From: a bacterium
Lineage (GTDB): Bacteria > Patescibacteriota > UBA1384 > 2-12-FULL-50-11
Assembly (NCBI GenBank): GCA_021463485.1
Contig: JAJTYJ010000001.1
Span: 205,932-253,146 of the forward strand
Length of the DNA: 47,215 bases
Direction: 5' to 3'
The translations under genes and the position numbers were made by a program. The notes beneath the pieces were generated by a model. That model searched no databases, was not told where the DNA came from, and was given only the letters and a program-made list of their open reading frames with translations. Below, piece by piece: positions 42,533 to 47,215 of the stretch; the stretch's first letter is position 1; each line of letters opens with the position of its first letter.

Positions 42533-43785
42533 CGAAGCCTACGTCGCAGATAGTAGTAGGTGCCGAAGGCGACACCAGCAAGTAGTAGTACATTTCCGAG
42601 CGCCAAACCAGTCCAAAGCAGGGTTTTCTTTTTAACCGTTAGGCCGAGAACTTTGATGGTGTCATTTTTCGGCGGCTTTTCTTTATCGGCATCGGTAATA
42701 AGGCGAATCGCGCCGCCTTCCGCAACACTAATTTGAATGCGCATTTTGTCGCTCGCTGGTGTTAATACTTTTTCTTTCTGTCCTTGAGCGGTAACGGTAT
42801 AAAACCCGGCTGGAATCGGTGCGTCAACCTGTAATCGCCAGGCACCGTCCGTGCTGATTTCGCTCGTTAGCTTCGTCTCAGCTGGCAGCGGCGGCATTGG
42901 TAGTAGTGTGACGTTGGAGGCAAATCCCGTAACCGTCGTGCCTTCGAATACCACACCGGCAACAGTGCCGTTCTCGACATCATTTGTGTATACATCTGCC
43001 AAGCGAACTGAGCTAAGAGTGGTTTTAGCGAGCGTCTCATCGACTTTCGGGTCCGGCTCCTTAATAGTTATTTTAAAGTGGGTCGTCGGTCCCCAACCGT
43101 CGCCGTTCAGTGCTCTAATGTGAAAGTAATGTGTACCGATCGCGGCCCCCTCGTAGCGCTTCGTTGTATCAGCTGAGGTTACAGTTGTTGGCGGTATCGT
43201 ATCGGCGATATCGTCGTAGAGGTAAGAGAAACCAGTTACGCCGGCAGGCTTATCCCAGCTCAAATCAATGGTGGTTGCCTCATACGCGATTGCCTGGTCT
43301 GGGTGCGTTGCCGAACTAACGGTAATCGCGCCTGGCACAACCAACGCCCGTGTAATTGTAAATTTAGTGCTGCCGCCCGAGTTACCGACTTCCGCGCCAG
43401 ATCTAGCTAAGCGGACGCCGCTAACAGAAACCGAGCCCGAGCCTTCTTTGGTGCCCTTAAGTCTAATCGTCGCCACCGTTAGGTTGCTAGTTGGCGAGAC
43501 AATCCCAACAAACTGCGTGTTGTTGGCTGGAGCCTTACCCGGTAGCCAGGTGGCGCCGCCGGCTGAGAACGAGACGATCGAGACCGGCCCGGACACTGAG
43601 ATTGTGCCTTGTAAGCTATCGAAGGTGGCGCCGCTCGCACGCACGGTAATTGTAAACGTCTGCCCATTCTGAACACTGGTGCCGCCGCTCGGTGTGATAC
43701 TACCGGCCGCGAGCGCTGCTTGCGGTAAGAGGCTAAGGAATACTCCAACAACGATAGAAAGCGAAAGGAAAAAACGACGTAGCAT
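42529..43785 (-). CDS. Surface protein: signal peptide, cohesin-like domain, FN3/Ig-like domains, C-terminal TM anchor
   Basis: SVQNGQTFTITV...VATIRLKGTKEGSGSVSV is cohesin-like; SSATHPDQ...LSWD...GTHYFHIRALNGDGWG is FN3-like; C-terminal TM followed by RRRLR. Confidence 0.7.
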   Translation of the reverse strand: MLRRFFLSLSIVVGVFLSLLPQAALAAGSITPSGGTSVQNGQTFTITVRASGATFDSLQGTISVSGPVSIVSFSAGGATWLPGKAPANNTQFVGIVSPTSNLTVATIRLKGTKEGSGSVSVSGVRLARSGAEVGNSGGSTKFTITRALVVPGAITVSSATHPDQAIAYEATTIDLSWDKPAGVTGFSYLYDDIADTIPPTTVTSADTTKRYEGAAIGTHYFHIRALNGDGWGPTTHFKITIKEPDPKVDETLAKTTLSSVRLADVYTNDVENGTVAGVVFEGTTVTGFASNVTLLPMPPLPAETKLTSEISTDGAWRLQVDAPIPAGFYTVTAQGQKEKVLTPASDKMRIQISVAEGGAIRLITDADKEKPPKNDTIKVLGLTVKKKTLLWTGLALGNVLLLAGVAFGTYYYLRRRLR

Positions 43786-43802
43786 ACTTCTATCTTACCT
43801 CA

Positions 43803-44942
43803 TTATCCTTCCCAAGAATTGGCGAAAATGGAGATATCCAAGAGATTTACTTCATTATCAACATCGGGGTTAAGGTTCATCCAGTCGTCGTCTTTGGTTT
43901 TGTACCCCCACGCCCCACCGATTAAAGACAAGTCTAAGATGTTGACGCCGCCGTCGCCGTTGATGTCGCCGTTCTTGCGCTTTTCGATCGTGATCGATTT
44001 AACCCCGAGTGTACTGCCGTCGGCAAGTTTGTATGTAAAGTTGTAGGTGTTAGTCCCAATCCCTGGGTCGAATTGATACTCCCAAGAGCCGGAGCCTAAC
44101 TCGGCGACAATCGTATCACCAAAATACACTCGAGCGTCGGTCTGCTTATAGCTTTTTACGGTATACTTGCCCGATGCGTACATTCGTCCGCTAGCTGAGG
44201 ACAGATCGTTAACGCCACCACCAAAACTCCCGCCAGTGCCGAATCCGAACCACTCAACGCCGAGCTTCCAGAAATTCCAGTTACCGTAGTATGTGTGTGG
44301 TGTGTAACGCATTAACGCTGCGGTCGTGTGATTAGAAAGATAAACCGAACGAGCGCCGTCGTAGTCTGTGACCGTTACAACCTTACCCATGTAGTACGGC
44401 TCGATCTGGCGAACCGATCGTTCGTAGTGCAAGCGAAGGTTCCAAGCCGCCCAACCGACCTGATTTGAAAAGCCTTTCCACTGCGGTCGGTTTTCAAACA
44501 TCCAAGTACAACCGTTGCCGCCCTCGTAGCCCATCGCGCAGTCGAGATCGCGCTGGCTCGGCGCGCCGTTAGTTACGAGCGATTGCTCTTTCTGTAGTGT
44601 AATAAGAATAACCTTTGGGCTAACGGTGCCGGTGGTGCTGTTGATACAAATATTACCAGAGCAGCCGACAGCCGCGTCGTACAACCCCTTTGCAGCGTCG
44701 TAGATAATCTGGGCTGCTGAGCGGCCAGCGGCGCCGTCACCAAGCTGGCTCGAAGGTGCGACTGCTAAGTAGCTACCTTTTCCGACTAAGAAACCTTGGA
44801 TGTCGGCAACCGACATCGCGTTGACGTTAATAAAATCGCCGTCAGGGGCTAACTGGTTATAGTATTGGTTATTGAGGTAACTAGTTAAACTAGTATCGAT
44901 CGCTTTGGCGCTCGGAATCGGTCCGAGTCCTATTATCATCAT
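43803..44942 (-). CDS. Secreted lysozyme-like (hemagglutinin-type) domain protein with a C-terminal dockerin
   Basis: MSVADIQGFL, AAQIIYDAA, VSPKVILITLQKEQSL, AMGY, GFSNQV and TAALMRYTPH motifs; duplicated Ca-binding loops GDINGDGGVNILDLS and LNPDVDNEVNLLDIS. The true start is probably upstream, as far as 45017. Confidence 0.8.
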   Translation of the reverse strand: MMIIGLGPIPSAKAIDTSLTSYLNNQYYNQLAPDGDFINVNAMSVADIQGFLVGKGSYLAVAPSSQLGDGAAGRSAAQIIYDAAKGLYDAAVGCSGNICINSTTGTVSPKVILITLQKEQSLVTNGAPSQRDLDCAMGYEGGNGCTWMFENRPQWKGFSNQVGWAAWNLRLHYERSVRQIEPYYMGKVVTVTDYDGARSVYLSNHTTAALMRYTPHTYYGNWNFWKLGVEWFGFGTGGSFGGGVNDLSSASGRMYASGKYTVKSYKQTDARVYFGDTIVAELGSGSWEYQFDPGIGTNTYNFTYKLADGSTLGVKSITIEKRKNGDINGDGGVNILDLSLIGGAWGYKTKDDDWMNLNPDVDNEVNLLDISIFANSWEG

Positions 44943-45028
44943 TGCTGCAACAACGACGAAAAATAGCTTTCGAAAGCCGTTATTATTCTCTTTTTGGAGT
45001 CTTATCGTATCTGACAGTTATCCCCCTA

Positions 45029-45091
45029 CTTGATTACAGTATAACAGCATAATCAAGGTTTCTTTGGCATATCAGACAAAATAGGTAGAAT
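45029..45091. promoter_or_regulatory. Divergent promoter region with an inverted repeat
   Basis: CTTGATTA-N13-TAATCAAG (45029-45057) surrounds a minus-strand extended -10 TGTTATACT; plus strand TTGGCA (45064-45069), 16 bp, TAGAAT (45086-45091). Confidence 0.55.
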
Positions 45092-45102
45092 TAGCCTAGA
45101 TT

Positions 45103-46590
45103 ATGAGTTTGGCCACAAAAGTCGCGTACAATACCGTCGTTCAAATCGCTGGGCGCTTACTCGGTCTGGCGATCACTCTGGTAACGGTTAACTTTATCGC
45201 TAACCACTTATTGGTCGAAGGCTCGGCGCTACGCGGGTACGGACAATATACAATTATTTTTACCTACGTTTCGATTATCGGTTCAGCCGCGGATTTCGGT
45301 TTGTTCACGTTGTTGGTTAGAGAAATCAGCGGCAAAACCCATCGCGAAGCCGGCGAATTAGCCGGAAACGCCTTAGCGTTTCGGTTGCTACTGTTTGCGG
45401 TTACCTTAATTCTCTTTCTTATCCTCTACCAGTTCTTGCCGTACCTGGCGATCGTCAAACAGGGCATTATTATCGGCGTTTTTATCGCGTTCTCGATGCT
45501 TTGCTCGCAGATTATCGCCACCGTTTTCCAGGCGAATCTACTGGCAGACCGAATTGTTATTTCGGAAACTATCGGCAAGCTTTTTACCGCTATCGGTACG
45601 ATTGTCGTGTTGAAAATGGGCTACGGGCTGATGTCGGTGGTAATCGTAAACCTGTTCGGCCAGATTTTAATTTTCGGCGTCAGTTTCCTGCTGGTTCGGC
45701 GCTTAGTCACGATTAAACTCCGACTAGATTTCTCGCTCTGGCGTCGGCTACTACCGCAGTTTGGCACGATCGCGATAATTAATTTACTAGCGCTCGTTCA
45801 TTTCAAAACCGATATGCTACTGCTCACTTTTTTCAAAAGCGAGTCCGACGTCGGTATCTACGGCGTCGCCTATAAGCTACTTGAGGTTGTGTTAGTTATC
45901 CCGTCGATTTTTGCTACTAACTTGTTGCCAGTACTAAGCGCGGTGATGTTAGAGGGGCGGCGTGAGGATGCTAGCCAGATTTTAAAGCGATCTAGCTCGA
46001 TACTGTTTGTTATCGCAGCCTTTCTGGTTGTTGCGCTGGTGGCGTTCGCGCCGCTGGCGATCGTCTTCATCACGCAGCCGGACTTCTTACTCTCGGTCGC
46101 ACCGCTACGAATACTAATGCTCTCGATCGTTTTCGTCTTTATTACAACACTTCTAAGCCAGGCGATCATCGCAAGTCGCGATCAGGGGGTGTTGGTACGG
46201 GGATACTTGCTAGCGGTTGTCGTGAACGTGCTTCTAAACCTGTACGCCATTCCAAGATACTCGTACATCGGCGCGGCGACGGTAACGGTGATCACGGAAA
46301 TTGTACTTCTCGCTTATACGCTTCGCGCCAGTCGCCGACACTTCCAAGATTTCATCCACTGGCCGGTACTAGGGCGTGTGGTACTAGCAGCACTGGCTAC
46401 CTGGATTATTCTTTACTTCTTGCCGCTTGGATTAATCGAACCGCAGACATTCGCCGACGCTGGCAAGCTGATGCAAGCCGGTTGGCTCTTGGGCGCGTTC
46501 ACGGCTGTGGCTGGGGTGTTCTTCCTGGCACTGCTAGTAACATTTAAGGGTTCGTTCCAGCGAGTTTTCCAGATCTTTAGTGTTAAATGA
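45103..46590 (+). CDS. Wzx/RfbX-type flippase
   Basis: KVAYNTVVQIAGR, YGQY, ADFGL...VREIS, KTDMLLL, VGIYGVAYK and LNLYAIPRYSYIGAA motifs. Confidence 0.92.
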   Translation: MSLATKVAYNTVVQIAGRLLGLAITLVTVNFIANHLLVEGSALRGYGQYTIIFTYVSIIGSAADFGLFTLLVREISGKTHREAGELAGNALAFRLLLFAVTLILFLILYQFLPYLAIVKQGIIIGVFIAFSMLCSQIIATVFQANLLADRIVISETIGKLFTAIGTIVVLKMGYGLMSVVIVNLFGQILIFGVSFLLVRRLVTIKLRLDFSLWRRLLPQFGTIAIINLLALVHFKTDMLLLTFFKSESDVGIYGVAYKLLEVVLVIPSIFATNLLPVLSAVMLEGRREDASQILKRSSSILFVIAAFLVVALVAFAPLAIVFITQPDFLLSVAPLRILMLSIVFVFITTLLSQAIIASRDQGVLVRGYLLAVVVNVLLNLYAIPRYSYIGAATVTVITEIVLLAYTLRASRRHFQDFIHWPVLGRVVLAALATWIILYFLPLGLIEPQTFADAGKLMQAGWLLGAFTAVAGVFFLALLVTFKGSFQRVFQIFSVK

Positions 46591-47215
46591 ATCGGTACTA
46601 CAGCTTTATCGGGTTAATCCTTAGTGCAGCGTTATTAATTTTGCCGTTTCAATACCTGTGGGTCCGACCGTTTGAGCTGCTAGAAACTTCGGCTCGCTCG
46701 GTATTTCTACTCACAAACTGGTACGAGCTGTTAATAATAGTAGCGCTACCTGCTCTTGTAGTACTGTTTCTCAAACGTAAATTATTTTGGTTTGACTGGC
46801 TCCTGCTCGGGGTGTTGGCGCTCTCGGCAATCAGCTCGTACTGGTCGCCGGCAACAGGATGGACCGACGTTATCGGTTTGCGTTACGGTGTTGGTTTTAT
46901 TGTCTTTTATTTTATCGCTCGCTCGATCGCACAGTGGCAGGTGAGTGAAAGGCTTTTAAAAACAGTATTTTATTTGGTTGTTATTATCGCTCTAGGACAA
47001 GGCGTATTCTGGATCATTGGAGTTGAAAGTGATTTTTGGGTGCTGGCAAAACGAGATTTAGCCGGCGATCTGCCGCGGCTGTACGGCTCGTTTATCGGGC
47101 CAAACCAGCTAGGGACGTACGTTGCCTGCTTGGGTCTCTGGCTGTACGCCAAGCGCCAGATCGGCAACTGGTGGCTAGCGGCAGCCACACTGGTGGTGAT
47201 CGGAACGTTTTCGAG
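46587..47215 (+). CDS. O-antigen ligase/Wzy_C family protein, 3'-truncated by the window (absent from the ORF track)
   Basis: ATGA overlap at 46587; manual translation MNRYYSFIGLILSAALLILPF...GLRY...PRLYGSFIGPNQLGTY...IGTFS stays open to the window end. Confidence 0.85.
   Translation, partial: MNRYYSFIGLILSAALLILPFQYLWVRPFELLETSARSVFLLTNWYELLIIVALPALVVLFLKRKLFWFDWLLLGVLALSAISSYWSPATGWTDVIGLRYGVGFIVFYFIARSIAQWQVSERLLKTVFYLVVIIALGQGVFWIIGVESDFWVLAKRDLAGDLPRLYGSFIGPNQLGTYVACLGLWLYAKRQIGNWWLAAATLVVIGTFS

Noticed and set aside
442-47188. Remaining short ORF-track entries overlapping larger genes
   Set aside because: They are antisense or alternate-frame shadows of well-supported CDSs, with no recognisable motifs or start signals.
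1-47215. Alternative genetic code (UGA=Gly, as in Gracilibacteria/Absconditabacteria)
   Set aside because: TGA ends conserved genes at their expected positions (rpmH, recF), and long ORFs are intact under code 11.

Overview
This 47.2-kb window is the replication-origin region of a small-genome bacterium. Gene content (a T4SS-type pilin cluster, ComF-Hsp20-solute-binding protein, short YidC, tRNA-Arg(GCG), many leaderless genes) points to a Patescibacteria/CPR lineage using genetic code 11. From left to right it holds: (1) the 3' part of a very large repeat-rich protein, an M23/lysozyme-like cell-wall hydrolase and a small anchored protein; (2) dciA-recF-dnaN-oriC-dnaA, divergent from rpmH-rnpA-yidD-yidC; (3) tRNA-Arg(GCG) bracketed by two extra copies of its own 5' end and two of its 3' end, next to a free-standing PD-(D/E)XK nuclease gene and tRNA-Ser(TGA); (4) comF, hsp20, a solute-binding protein, four VirB2/TrbC-like pilins and a GspE/PilB ATPase; (5) tRNA-Ser(CGA) and tRNA-Ser(GCT), each with a short duplicated 3' end, enclosing a GC-rich CsgG-like gene and DUF2200; (6) a ~25-kb surface-glycan region with Wzx flippases, GT2 and GT-C/AftD-like transferases, a polyprenyl-phosphate phosphoribosyltransferase module, WbpB/E/D-like enzymes and an O-antigen-ligase-like gene, which also contains an adjacent cohesin-like and dockerin gene pair. 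The least explained signal is the array of tRNA-end repeats with short hairpin spacers beside the nuclease. All functional calls come from motif recognition by eye; no database searches were run.
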